From: Clostridia bacterium
Lineage (GTDB): Bacteria > Bacillota > DSM-521 > Neomoorellales > JACIYF01
Reading direction: 5' to 3'
DNA length: 59,742 bases
Assembly (NCBI GenBank): GCA_014360065.1
Contig: JACIYF010000004.1
Location: forward strand, 1 to 59,742
Part shown: one piece after another, positions 1 to 10,166 of the stretch
Layout: each line of letters starts with the position of its first letter
How positions within the stretch are numbered: the first letter of the stretch is position 1
Notes under the pieces: generated by a model
Told to the model about the DNA's origin: nothing
What the model saw: only the letters and a program-made list of their open reading frames with translations
Databases searched by the model: none
Position numbers and translations under genes: made by a program

Positions 1-549
1 CGCTTCATAGCTACGACAAATCGTAACCTGGAGTCTCTTGTTAACGCAAAGCAGTTCCGGGAAGATCTTTACTACCGTCTGTGTGTTTTTCCCATTTACT
101 TGCCCCCGCTGCGGGAACGAAAGGAAGATATTCCCCTTCTGGTAAATCACTTTGTCAAGCAAAAGGGATTGCTGCTCGGCAAGCCCTTTGTGGAGGTCCC
201 CGTTGACGTTCTGAGGGCATTCTATAATTACCACTGGCCTGGCAATGTTAGGGAGCTCGAAAACCTTATTGAGTATGCAGTAAGCATTACTACCACACCC
301 TTCATAAGCCTTCAGTCTGTTTTGCACCGCCTCCGTTTTCGAACTGAACTAAACCCTCTTGAGAGCACTGGCAATCTCCGTCAATTGAATGCCAGCCAGG
401 ATTCCATCCTGATCCAAGCCCTGGAAAAATACGGGTCTACAGTAGAAGGAAAGAAGAGAGCGGCAAGGGAATTGGGCATAAGCCTTCCAACTCTATATCG
501 AAGGCTTCGGAAAATGCGGGGTAATCCTGGCCAGGAGGCTACGGAGTAA
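1..549 (+). CDS. sigma54-dependent transcriptional activator, C-terminal part (5' end outside window)
   Basis: Frame 1 is open from base 1. RFIATTNRNL..FREDLYYRL..LPPLRERKEDI and HWPGNVRELEN mark the end of an NtrC-type AAA+ module. C-terminal Fis-type HTH: AARELGISLPTLYRRLRK. Confidence 0.85.
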   Translation, partial: RFIATTNRNLESLVNAKQFREDLYYRLCVFPIYLPPLRERKEDIPLLVNHFVKQKGLLLGKPFVEVPVDVLRAFYNYHWPGNVRELENLIEYAVSITTTPFISLQSVLHRLRFRTELNPLESTGNLRQLNASQDSILIQALEKYGSTVEGKKRAARELGISLPTLYRRLRKMRGNPGQEATE

Positions 550-570
550 GCGCCTAAGCGCTTCTCACAA

Positions 571-606
571 TTATCACTTTTATCACATTAATTTCTCAAA
601 TGATAA
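571..606 (+). promoter_or_regulatory. candidate enhancer (UAS) for the sigma54 activator
   Basis: TTATCAC at 571-577 and 580-586 plus inverted TGATAA at 601-606, about 100 bp upstream of the -24/-12 element. Confidence 0.35.
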
Positions 607-688
607 AAATTGATTTAAGTTCGGCGGTTGATGGGCGGCTGAACCTTACCGGTAAAAGCTTTCTCCTTTGTTAACAGGGGAAACTCTA

Positions 689-704
689 TGGCATCATTCT
701 TGCT
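689..704 (+). promoter_or_regulatory. sigma54 -24/-12 promoter
   Basis: TGGCAT-cattc-TTGCT matches TGGCAC-N5-TTGC(A/T). It lies just upstream of the 714 ORF and downstream of a sigma54 activator gene. Confidence 0.65.
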
Positions 705-713
705 TGCTATGAG

Positions 714-2069
714 TTGTTAGGGGGGGTGAGCTCTATTCCTGAGCCCGGAAGTCTTTTCTGGAGCGAGAGCAAAGAGGCGATCCCTGCTGATGAGCTCAGG
801 AAGCTTGAGTTTTGGAAACTGCGCCAACTGTTGAGCTATGTCACGGAAACTTCTCCGTTCTATCGCCGGATGTGGGATCGAAGCGGTTTTAATCCTGACC
901 AGGTCAGAACGATTGAAGATCTAGCCCGGATCCCCTTAATTACAAAGAATGATCTAAGAAAAAGCCAGGCAGAAGGAGGCAGGTTGGGAGGTCATTGCTG
1001 CGCACCCCTTAGCGATGTTGTCCGAGTCCAGGGTACAAGTGGAACAACGGGACAACTCGTATATACGGGCCTGACCAAGCGGGATGCCGAAGTCTGGGCG
1101 GAGCTTTTTGCCAGGCACGCGTGGATTGGAGGGTTGCGACCTGGAGACTCCATTATAAACCCGTTCAATTTCGCCTTATCTGTGGGAGGGTTATCCGAGT
1201 GTATATCTGCGGAAAAGATGGGTCTCACCGTCATTCCGGTACCTTTTTCCTCGGTATCCATAGAGAAACTGATCCAGATAGTCAAGGATTTGAAGCCAGT
1301 TGTTCTGTGCGCTACTCCATCATTGGCAATATTTTTGCAAGAACAGATAGGGGCTTATCTTGGAGTTGAGCCCATTGAGCTGGGTTTTAAAAAGGGCTTC
1401 ATAACTGGGGAGGTTTTCTCCGAACAGGACCGCAGGAAAATTGAAAATGCATGGGGGATAGATGCACGCAACTACTACGGGCTAACCGAGGTTGCTCCCG
1501 ACTTAGCTGCTGAATGCCACGAAAAAAGCGGTATGCATTTCGTTGGACAGGGCTATGTACTGTTAGAGCTAATAGATTGGGAAACCGGTTCGCCGAAATC
1601 TTTAGAAGATGGAGTAATAGGAGAGCTCGTATTTACTACTCTAGACCGTGAATGTTGTCCGGTAATCCGCTACCGCACGGGGGATGTTGCTCAGGTTTGG
1701 ACCTCCCCATGCAAGTGCGGCAGAAACACCCCTAGGGTAAAGATCATTGGACGGACTGACGACGTGGTGAAAATTGGCGATATCCAAGTGTTCCCCTCTG
1801 CTATTCAAGAAATAGTAGCCTCGTTCGGACCTGAGACTACGGGCGAAATGAGGATAGTTTTAGATAAAAACCCAGTTCATCGGAATACAAGTCGTACTCT
1901 GAAAGTTAAGGTTGAATACGGGCAAGGGGTGAGCAAGAACAGGCTACTTGCGTTGGAGAGTGAGATAAGAGAAAAGGTTGAGACGGCATTGGGTTTAGAG
2001 ACGAGCGTTTTCTTGGTCCCTCCATATTCCCTTCCGCGCTCAAATTTTAAAGGGCGTTACTATGAATGA
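714..2069 (+). CDS. phenylacetate-CoA ligase (PaaK) / coenzyme F390 synthetase family adenylate-forming enzyme
   Basis: 451 aa. The N-terminal FWSE..ELR..Q..L..L.Y....SPFYR..W...GF.P layout and the QGTSGTTG AMP-binding motif are typical of the PaaK family. Exact start is uncertain (TTG 714 or GTG 726). Confidence 0.8.
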   Translation: MLGGVSSIPEPGSLFWSESKEAIPADELRKLEFWKLRQLLSYVTETSPFYRRMWDRSGFNPDQVRTIEDLARIPLITKNDLRKSQAEGGRLGGHCCAPLSDVVRVQGTSGTTGQLVYTGLTKRDAEVWAELFARHAWIGGLRPGDSIINPFNFALSVGGLSECISAEKMGLTVIPVPFSSVSIEKLIQIVKDLKPVVLCATPSLAIFLQEQIGAYLGVEPIELGFKKGFITGEVFSEQDRRKIENAWGIDARNYYGLTEVAPDLAAECHEKSGMHFVGQGYVLLELIDWETGSPKSLEDGVIGELVFTTLDRECCPVIRYRTGDVAQVWTSPCKCGRNTPRVKIIGRTDDVVKIGDIQVFPSAIQEIVASFGPETTGEMRIVLDKNPVHRNTSRTLKVKVEYGQGVSKNRLLALESEIREKVETALGLETSVFLVPPYSLPRSNFKGRYYE

Positions 2070-2260
2070 ATTGATTCGACTCGTGAAGTAAGACGGCTGC
2101 GTAGAGAAGAGAGAATCGAGAATAGTGGGGTGTGCCGCTGTCACAATAGAAAGCGGTTTTGAAATGTAGTCTGTTTTAGGGTGGAAAGGAGGTATGAAAA
2201 TAGAACCGATACTGCGGCTTTTCAGTGTATTATGAAAGCTTGATTGGAGGTCATCTGTAA

Positions 2261-2842
2261 ATGAAACTTGAAATGATGGCAGGAAAGGTAACGTGGGACG
2301 GGCTGAAGCAAGAGCTAATGGAACTGGCGAAGGAGAAGCTTATCGAACTCATTGACATGTGGGTCAGGAACTATTGGACCAACCAGAACTATTGGATGAC
2401 GCTGGTGGAGCGGGATTTTGGATTTGACCAGGCAGCGCGGCTTGACGGCGAAGTTTGGGAAAACACTGCCAGAGCTCAGGCCTATCGGTTAAAAAGAATA
2501 TTAGATCTGGGTAGTGACACTCAGGCGCTAGCGACGGTACTCAAGTTTTGCGCTGCGCAATGGGTAAATGCTGGCTTCGAATGGGAATTCCTGGAGGTCG
2601 GGCGTGACAGGCTGGTCATGAGGGTGGGTAAGTGCCCGATGGGAACCTACCGAACCGAAAAGAATCTTCCGCTTCTGCCGTGCAAGTTCGGTTCTCCTCC
2701 GCTGTACACTGCGCTGGCCAAGGCAATTAATGACAGCTTTCAGGTCAGGTGCCTTCATGCGCACCCCGACCCACCTAGGGAAGGAGTTATGTGCGAGTGG
2801 GAGTTTGTATTGGAAGGAGAAAGCGAGGGGGCAGTGCCGTGA
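2261..2842 (+). CDS. hypothetical protein (Cys-containing, operon member)
   Basis: 193-aa ORF preceded by GGAGG. Its stop overlaps the next start (GTGA). No family recognised. Confidence 0.6.
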   Translation: MKLEMMAGKVTWDGLKQELMELAKEKLIELIDMWVRNYWTNQNYWMTLVERDFGFDQAARLDGEVWENTARAQAYRLKRILDLGSDTQALATVLKFCAAQWVNAGFEWEFLEVGRDRLVMRVGKCPMGTYRTEKNLPLLPCKFGSPPLYTALAKAINDSFQVRCLHAHPDPPREGVMCEWEFVLEGESEGAVP

Positions 2843-4062
2843 ATGACTTAAAGCCTCTATCAGGAGTAAGAGTGTTAGACCTTACATGGGTTTATGCAGG
2901 GCCTTTTGCGACCATGCTGCTGCGGGACTTGGGAGCGGATGTGGTAAAGGTTGAAGGTCCTCCTGTTGGTGACTATACCCGTACTTTCCCCCCGATGCGC
3001 AATAGTTGGAGCGGGTATTTCTATATGCTGAACAGGGGCAAGAAGTCGGTGGCTCTCAACCTCAAGAACGCGAGGGGCAAGCAGGTATTCCTCGAAATGG
3101 TTAAGCATTTCGATGTAGTGGCAGAGAATTTCGTTGCCGGGACAATGGATAGATTGGGTCTTGGTTATGATGCCATCAAGCAGGCAAACCCGAGAATAAT
3201 CTATGCTTCTATTAGTGGTTTTGGTAGTTTTGGACCATACTCTAATCTTCCTTGTGTAGACCCGGTTGCTCAGGCGATGGGAGGCCTCATGAGCATGACA
3301 GGCTACCCCGATATGCCACCGTTGAAGACAGGCCCAGCCATTGCCGATTCGCTTGCTGGACTATACCTGGCGGTTGGAATACTAGCAGCGTTGCGTTCCA
3401 GGGAACAAACTGGGGAGGGACATAAGCTCGAGGTCTCGATGATGGACAGCGTTTTCTCGGTGCTTGAAGAAAGCGTTATCAGGGCTAGCATGACAGGGAA
3501 TGCCCTTCCGGCAAGGGGTAATACTGATCCTCTTGGTGCGCCCTGGGATGCTTTCCCGACGAAAGACGGTAAGTGGCTTATGGTATGCGTGTTGGGGAGC
3601 GATAAGTTCGACAAGATCTTTAGGCATATCGGGCGACATGATATAGCAGATAAATACAAGGGGGATGAGGAGGAAATTATAGAGGCGCGCTCGCGAGATT
3701 TGTTGCTTATTAATCAGGCATTTGCTGAATGGACAAAGACTCAAGATAGCAGAGAGCTGAGAAACTTCCTTCTCGAGTTAAGAATTCCATGCGGAGAAGT
3801 GAAGGATGTGGTAGAGCTGCTAGATGATCCGCACCTGAGGGCAAGGAATATGGTTGTCGATATAGACCATCCCGCCCTGGGTCGGGTGAAGACTTTCAAT
3901 CTGCCGATTAGGTTCTTCACCAGTAATGTTGGGATATCCCCCCAAGATAAGCCCATGGATCCTGATATTGGCCAACACAGTTACGAAGTCCTCCACGACC
4001 TCTTGGGCTTAGAGGACAAGGACATTGAGGTCCTAAGAAGCGAGGGGGCTATCTGGGCTTAG
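2839..4062 (+). CDS. CaiB/BaiF family III CoA-transferase
   Basis: LSGVRVLDLTWVYAGPFATMLLRDLGADVVKVE is the canonical N-terminus of family III CoA-transferases. GTG 2839 is in frame and overlaps the upstream stop. Confidence 0.85.
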   Translation: MNDLKPLSGVRVLDLTWVYAGPFATMLLRDLGADVVKVEGPPVGDYTRTFPPMRNSWSGYFYMLNRGKKSVALNLKNARGKQVFLEMVKHFDVVAENFVAGTMDRLGLGYDAIKQANPRIIYASISGFGSFGPYSNLPCVDPVAQAMGGLMSMTGYPDMPPLKTGPAIADSLAGLYLAVGILAALRSREQTGEGHKLEVSMMDSVFSVLEESVIRASMTGNALPARGNTDPLGAPWDAFPTKDGKWLMVCVLGSDKFDKIFRHIGRHDIADKYKGDEEEIIEARSRDLLLINQAFAEWTKTQDSRELRNFLLELRIPCGEVKDVVELLDDPHLRARNMVVDIDHPALGRVKTFNLPIRFFTSNVGISPQDKPMDPDIGQHSYEVLHDLLGLEDKDIEVLRSEGAIWA

Positions 4063-4097
4063 ATGTAGAATTTCTGATCGAGAAAGGAGTGTGCCGT

Positions 4098-5516
4098 ATG
4101 AGTGGTGAGCCGCGAAACGCCACAGGTGCAAAGAGGGTGCTATCACGGTGGGATCTATTATCGATTGGCCTTGGTGCCGTAGTTGGATGGTCGTGGATCC
4201 TCTACGCAGGGTTGTGGTCGTCGACCCCAGGGACGGTTGGCGGAGTAATTGCTTGGGTAGTAGTGGGTTTATTGTGCACACTTGTAGGACTTGTTTACGC
4301 TGAACTCTCTTCGGCCTTTCCCAGGGCTGGGGGAGAAGTTGTCTTCGCTTTCGAAGGCCTCGGAGAGAGGGCAATGTTTGCAGCTGCTTGGTGCATTCTG
4401 CTCGCCTGGGGATCCCTTCTTCTCTTTGAGACAATAACGTTTCCGATAATACTGGAAGGACTGGGATTCCGCGTTCCCCACGTGGGATACCTATATACCG
4501 TTGCAGGTCAACCTGTATTCATCAGTACCTTTCTGATCTCACTTTTGGGAAATGCAGCGTTTGCCTACCTAAACTACATCGGGGTGCGGTTCAGCGCCAT
4601 TTTCCAAACACTTGCAGTAGCAATTCTTTTCGTTGCAGCTGCATTTTTCTGCCTCAGCGGCATATGCCTGGGCACCCCGGCAAATGCAAAGCCCTTGTTT
4701 ACCAGCCCAAGTGGCTTTTTTGCAGTACTTCTCATGCTACCCGGATTCATGTCAGGGTTTAACGCCATTCCCCAGGCAGCTGAGGAAACATATGTCCAAC
4801 CTAGCGTCCTTGGGAAATCCGTGGTATACACTGTTTGGGGATCGGTTCTGTTCTACGCGCTAATCGTGGTTGGGTTATCGTTGGGCGCCCCCCTGGGCAT
4901 CCGTTCAGGTGAAGGCCTAGTAGTTGTGAAGGCGGTCGACCTCATGTTTGGCGGTTCACCCTACGCGAGGTTTCTCGTACTACTTGCCTCACTCTTGGGG
5001 ATGCTGACTACGTGGAATGCTGTTTATGTAGCTTGCAGCCGACTGCTGTTTGCGCTGGGAAGGGCAAAGATTATACCGAGTTCTGTGGCAGCGTTACACC
5101 CTAAACATGCCACGCCCCACCGTGCAATTCTACTTCTCTTCGGGGTAACTAGTCTCTGCTGCTTACTGGGTACCAGTAAGACTATCTACGTGGGCATAGT
5201 GAATGTCTTTTCATTCTTCCTAGTTGTTCTTTGGTTGCTGGTCTCTGTTTCCTTTATTAGATTAAGGTCTGCTCGCCCTGACCTAGAAAGGCCGTACAGG
5301 GCACCAGCGGGAAAGGTGGTTGGCTTTGGCGCGGTCTTGTTCTCGGCAGCATACCTTCTAGTATACACGCCTGTCACTCCGTCAGGCCTAGCGCCAGGTG
5401 AATGGCTAGCAGTGGCTTTACTTGTGCTCGTAGCCGTGGTTTTGTACTCTCTATGGTATAGAGGAGCAGGTTATCTACCTGCAAGCGAGAGGAAACGGTT
5501 CCTTAGTGGGAATTAA
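4098..5516 (+). CDS. APC-family amino acid/acid permease
   Basis: About 470 aa and highly hydrophobic, with a multi-TM pattern and an AELSSAFPRAGG motif. AAAGGAG lies 8 nt upstream of ATG 4098. Confidence 0.8.
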   Translation: MSGEPRNATGAKRVLSRWDLLSIGLGAVVGWSWILYAGLWSSTPGTVGGVIAWVVVGLLCTLVGLVYAELSSAFPRAGGEVVFAFEGLGERAMFAAAWCILLAWGSLLLFETITFPIILEGLGFRVPHVGYLYTVAGQPVFISTFLISLLGNAAFAYLNYIGVRFSAIFQTLAVAILFVAAAFFCLSGICLGTPANAKPLFTSPSGFFAVLLMLPGFMSGFNAIPQAAEETYVQPSVLGKSVVYTVWGSVLFYALIVVGLSLGAPLGIRSGEGLVVVKAVDLMFGGSPYARFLVLLASLLGMLTTWNAVYVACSRLLFALGRAKIIPSSVAALHPKHATPHRAILLLFGVTSLCCLLGTSKTIYVGIVNVFSFFLVVLWLLVSVSFIRLRSARPDLERPYRAPAGKVVGFGAVLFSAAYLLVYTPVTPSGLAPGEWLAVALLVLVAVVLYSLWYRGAGYLPASERKRFLSGN

Positions 5517-5872
5517 ATGGTGAGAGAAGCAAGAATATGGTGTTTGGCTGAGATTTGGCAGGTGGGCACTACCATACGTACCTGGACACTATTAAATCAT
5601 ATTGCTGTCAACGCGCTTTATACATAGTACTGGAAGTCTGGAAGTGATTGGCCGATGAATCATTAGCTTGATGACACTGAAGTCTATTCCAAGAGTAAGG
5701 CGAATCCTCCTTTTGAAGAGTTAACATGCCCAAATAATTTTAAGGGGGATTCGCATTATTTCTGGGCGTTATTAAGGTTACGGCCCTGTTGCCAAACCCA
5801 TCGACAAGCCGCGCCAATACACGTATACTGGTACCGTAGATTAGAAAGCGGCTTGAGGTGGCTTAATTTCTC

Positions 5873-7180
5873 ATGATGGACAGGAAAACCCCCTCTAGAA
5901 AGCTATTTTACCAGTTTTCGCTGGAAGAACGGGTACCAGAGGATCACTTTTTGCGGCTGGTGGATCAAGCAATTGATTTCCGTTTCGTCTATGACCTGGC
6001 CGCACCCTTCTACAGCCACACAGGCGCCCCCTCAATAGATCCGGTGGTGATCTTCAAGATGGCCCTCATCGGCTATTTATACAACATTACCAGCGAGCGA
6101 AGGCTGGCCGAAAAGGTACGGCTCAACCTCGCCTTCATGTGGTTTATAGGCTATGACATCGGTGAACGTCCCCCGGACCACAGCATCCTTTCCAAGGCAA
6201 GGCGGAGGTTCGGCAAACAGGTTTACGAGCAGTTTTTCTCAAGGGTAGTTGAAGCTTGCCGGAGGGCTGGCCTGATCGAAGGTGATAAAGTCTACCTGGA
6301 CGCCACCCTGGTACGGGCCAACGCCTCGCTTGATTCATTGACCGAACGGGAGAAACTTTTAGATGCCGGGGAATACGTTGAGCGGTTATGGCAAGATAAC
6401 CCGGAAGAAGATGACGCCACATTAAAGGCAAGGACGAGCCTTAAGCCTGGCACCGGCGGCCGGCAACCCAAAACCAACGAGAAGTGGGTTAGCACCACCG
6501 ATCCCGACGCTGCCTTAGGCACCGCATCATCACTGCCGTTTGCACCACCGCCGGTGACTATCCCGAACACAGGATGTTACCTTACCTTGTCGGGCAGCAT
6601 ACCTTCCATGCCCGCAGGAAACCAAAGGAGGTTGTAGCTTTTGCCTCCTATGGAACTCTGGACACCTATAGCTTTCTTGTGGGTCAGGATATGCTTCCTG
6701 CTATTCCGAGACGTACCACTTGGAAGCAAACCAGGAAACGCCGCGACCAGCTCGGGTTTGTTTACGACCAGGAGAGGGACATTTACATCTGCCGCCGGGG
6801 CAAAAAACTTTACCGGGAAAAGAGCGAGGATGCTTCTTGGGGGATACGCCACCACACCCACGCCTATGCCTACCGGGGCTGCGATCTCAAGGGGGTATGC
6901 GCCAAAGGCGAGCGGTGCACCATCAGGTGCAGCGGTAGTGAAGATTTGCTGGGCAAGATACGAAACCACCTTGAAAGCGCGGGCAAAAGAAAATCTTAAG
7001 AAACGGAAGTGCTGGGTGGAAACGGTAAATGCCGATCTGAAAAACAATCATAGCCCTTAGCCGGGCTAGATACCGGGGCAACCCGGCCGTGCATATCCAA
7101 GCCTTGATGGCCGCCTGTGCTCGTAACGTCTGCCAGCTGGTAAAACACCTTAAAACGTTAACGAAACACCCGCCGACTCT
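5873..7180 (+). mobile_element. IS5/IS1182-family transposase gene, decayed (frameshifts and internal loss)
   Basis: N-terminal InsH/DUF772-type region (LFYQFSLEERVPEDHFLRLVD..SIDPVVIFKMALIGYLY). The reading continues in other frames (RIITAV.., ..NADLKNNH.., ..RYRGNPAVHIQALMAACARNVCQLVKHL). Element ends were not identified. Confidence 0.7.
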
Positions 7181-7263
7181 AGCCCAATTGAAACGAGAAG
7201 AGCTAAGGATGTGCTTCGTGGGGTAGTGGGAAGGAGGTATAGCAGCCCGTCCATGGGGTAGCC

Positions 7264-8086
7264 ATGCCTTTATTAACTACTGGCACACTAAGAAAAACAG
7301 GGTTTGGCAACAGGCCCGCAACCAAAAAGGGGACTACTGTGGTAACGAGGATGTCACTTAACAGCCGCCGTGAGTATCTGAACACCATATGTCAACGCTA
7401 CCAGCAAGCCTCTTCTCGCAAGGAGAAGTCAGCGATCATCGATGAGGTGGTGCGAGTATTGAACTATCACCGCAAGTATGCCATTCAGGTCTTGAACGGC
7501 CCTGTACCGGCAACCAAAGGCCTTGTAGCAAACGGAGCTGGCCCCTTCAGTATCTTGAGGCACTCTCCACCATCCAGACGGTCTGGGAAGCCATGGATTA
7601 CCCCGGTGCGGAACGCCCCCACCCGGTACTCCTGCCTACCGCTGAACTGCTGGCCTTACATGGCGAACTCACCTTGACGCCAAAGATCCGTTGCCAGCTG
7701 GCCAAAATCAGCCGGCCTACCCTGGCCCGGTGGCGTTCGCCCAGGGCTAGCCGTACCTTGCCCCTTCCCAAGGTGAAAAGCCACCTCACCTCCCAAACCC
7801 TATCGACCGCTACCAATGGAACGAGGACCGGCCGGAGCCTTGGAGGTGGATTTGGTGGAACATAATGGCGGATCTTCTTTAGGCCACTTCGCCTGCACCC
7901 TTACGGCGGTAGATGTGGTTTCTGGCTACAGCCGCCGCCGGGCGGTCCTGGGGCGGTATATTCTGCGAGTTGGAGACTATCTTCGCCGAGTGGCCCTCAG
8001 GCGTTTGGGGCCTCCATTCCGATAACGGCAGGGAGGTTATTAACGACCAGCTATCCCGCTACTGTCAGCGTCTTCTGAAGTCCTAA
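7264..8086 (+). mobile_element. integrase-core (rve/DDE) transposase gene, decayed and 3'-truncated
   Basis: N-terminus SRREYLNTICQRYQQASSRKEKSAIIDEVVRVLNYHRKYAIQVLNG. Later pieces sit in shifted frames (LEVDLVEHNGGSSLGHFACTLTAVDVVSGYSRRRAVLGR ; LHSDNGREVINDQLSRYCQ). Confidence 0.65.
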
Positions 8087-8280
8087 GTTCAGATTAGATG
8101 TTTTGCCATAAAGGGAATTTTTTCCTGCAACTAGAGAAACATCCCGAAGTCGTCATCGCGATTTAAGGACCGTTCCATTGTGGTTAGCAATTTGTAGAAT
8201 TCATACAGATGAAATAGCGGGACCCAGAGAATGCTGCCGCCCTGACCTCAGGTAACTTCGCTTCCTTCCCGGCCCGGAAC

Positions 8281-8500
8281 CCAGTCGGCAGCCATATTCA
8301 GGAGTGCGTCCTTCGCGCCCCACAGCCGAGCACCGGGTAGGCGTCCCGCATCCTGGTCAGATTGAGGTAGGCGTCAGGCCCGTCGCCGAAGGCGCCGTCC
8401 TTCTTGAGGTAGACCGCGTAGCGGAGCCCGTCGGTGACGATGAGCCTGCTACAGGACCCGCGGGCCGGCTGCTCGGCGTAGGACTGCGTCTGGAGGAATA
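8281..8500 (-). pseudogene. 3' fragment of a paralog of the 10167..11246 gene
   Basis: By-eye nucleotide alignment of 8281-8455 with 10170-10345 shows most positions identical, with a 1-nt deletion. It translates as ..CSRLIVTDGLRYAVYLKKDGAFGDGPDAYLNLTRMRDAYPVL.., versus ..CSRLIVTNGWLYGVYLKKDGIFGNRPDAYLNLTRMRDAYPVL... Confidence 0.8.
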
Positions 8501-8576
8501 GGGGAGGCTTTTGACCCCCCCAAAGGGCACCAGTCAGCCAATTTGATTTCTGACCAATCCACGGGTTGCCGCGCTC

Positions 8577-9179
8577 TCAACGGGCCAGCAACTCCTCAGC
8601 AATCTCAATTAGCATTTCCTGGTTCTTGATGTCAGTCAGGCGTCTTATCTTAAACTCGGCTCGGTTGCACCAGTAGTCTCCCACTGAGGGATCGGTCTCA
8701 AATACAAGTTCTTCGTTGAAGCGATAACACGGACTACAATTCATTTTCTGCAGAATCTGGTCTGGGAGCAGCTTCAGGATGTGGTGAGGCCATGCGCGGC
8801 GGACGTTTAGATCACGGCGAAGGTAATCTTCGTCACGGGGCTGGTAGGCTCCTGTGATAAACAGCAGGGGAAAATAGGGATCAACCCCCAACTCGTTACA
8901 GACAGCGTAATAGTCGCGGCTCTTGAAGGCCACTCTACTGTCCTCGTTGACTTTTACCAGCATGAAGGCAAATTTGTACTTCCCGAGATGCTCGAACAAG
9001 AAGTTTCCCAGGTGTTGGGAGGCTCCATTATGCCATACGGAGTATCCTTTCTCCCACCAAACGAAAGCGTTGTCTGGGATACGACTCCTCACATATGACA
9101 CAAAATCATCGAACAATAGACAGCATGTCTTATGAAAGTTATCGACCTCCCGCAGAGCCTGGACCAAGTTCGCACTCAC
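8577..9179 (-). CDS. hypothetical protein (third gene of the nuclease cassette)
   Basis: 200-aa ORF with protein-like composition, 52 nt downstream of the 9232..10044 gene. No motif recognised. Confidence 0.6.
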   Translation of the reverse strand: MSANLVQALREVDNFHKTCCLLFDDFVSYVRSRIPDNAFVWWEKGYSVWHNGASQHLGNFLFEHLGKYKFAFMLVKVNEDSRVAFKSRDYYAVCNELGVDPYFPLLFITGAYQPRDEDYLRRDLNVRRAWPHHILKLLPDQILQKMNCSPCYRFNEELVFETDPSVGDYWCNRAEFKIRRLTDIKNQEMLIEIAEELLAR

Positions 9180-9231
9180 CGAATCTTCCCTCCTTAAATG
9201 ATACCCAGTTGGGTCTCAAATAGCCTCCTAC

Positions 9232-10044
9232 CTAGGGCTTATAGAAAACTGCCGCGATGGCTTCCACGGCCCCCGGAACTTGCTGTACGTATGTTCTGCA
9301 GTATGCTGGGTGTAAACAGCCTGACAACCCTAGATTCAGAGTGTAAAGCCTTTGGTACCATAACCACCGTAACTCTGTGACGATCCCCGACATTGCGGGC
9401 TGGGGCCAACCGCTGAACCTCGCGTAGCCCTTGAAACGCAAGTAAGTTTCCAGTAGTTGTAGGATCTTGCATTCTGCCGTCCGCGTGGGATACTTCCCGC
9501 TGCGCAGAGCTTCAGCAACAAAATCGTAGACGCTGTGCCAACCCAGCCAGAAAAGGCGCGCCTCGCCACCTGCAGCTCTCGAGCTCGTTTCGAGATCCTT
9601 CCGGGGCAGGATGCGGTGGCCCGTAAGGAAAACAACCGCCTTTCTACAGTTGGGGTACTGCTGAGCGAGACTTTCCCAATACCTGTAGAGTTGGTCCACC
9701 TCACGGTTTTGGATCACGCCGTCCTCGACTTCCTCGGCACTGCCACTCTTTCCAGAGCGATGCTTGACCTCAATGACAATCGCAGCACAGACGCCGGCTT
9801 CGCCCTCCAGCCTTAGAAAAACGTCTGGAATCCCGTACAAGAAACCAGTCTTCCAAAACTCAATGGCTTCAACCCGTGTGCAGGTGCCTATGTGCTTTTC
9901 CAAGCATTCGCCATCAATGCTTCTCGCCCTACCGATAAAGCGGATAAACTCTTCGTCCGGCAGTAAAGAGAGCAACCCGATTGCCGTTGATGTTAAAATG
10001 TCTTCTTCGAAGCCCAGCCTTCCGGCGATTTCCGCGTAAATCAT
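9232..10044 (-). CDS. putative PD-(D/E)xK-fold nuclease
   Basis: 270 aa. GIPDVFLRLEG...AAIVIEVKHRSGK fits the D-(x)n-E-x-K restriction-endonuclease-like core. Confidence 0.55.
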   Translation of the reverse strand: MIYAEIAGRLGFEEDILTSTAIGLLSLLPDEEFIRFIGRARSIDGECLEKHIGTCTRVEAIEFWKTGFLYGIPDVFLRLEGEAGVCAAIVIEVKHRSGKSGSAEEVEDGVIQNREVDQLYRYWESLAQQYPNCRKAVVFLTGHRILPRKDLETSSRAAGGEARLFWLGWHSVYDFVAEALRSGKYPTRTAECKILQLLETYLRFKGYARFSGWPQPAMSGIVTELRWLWYQRLYTLNLGLSGCLHPAYCRTYVQQVPGAVEAIAAVFYKP

Positions 10045-10166
10045 CTAGTTCCCTCCGTCTTTATCAAAGCTCCTCTCACAGTAGCTTCATCACGGAGCAT
10101 TCCCCTTAACTAAATGCACACCCTTACCTGTGAAGCAACTACTGCATTAAACCTACCGCGGAGGGC

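Noticed and set aside
5690-5760. GCGAATCCTCCTT ... AAGGGGGATTCGC inverted repeat with a roughly 29-nt loop downstream of the permease gene
   Set aside because: It could be a weak terminator or an IS end. However, it has one mismatch, a large loop, no U-tract and no matching partner at the other side of the IS remnant, so the evidence is insufficient.
6577-7060. Overlapping 139-156-aa ORFs on both strands inside the IS5/IS1182 remnant
   Set aside because: These are alternative frames of a frameshifted transposase gene, not independent genes.
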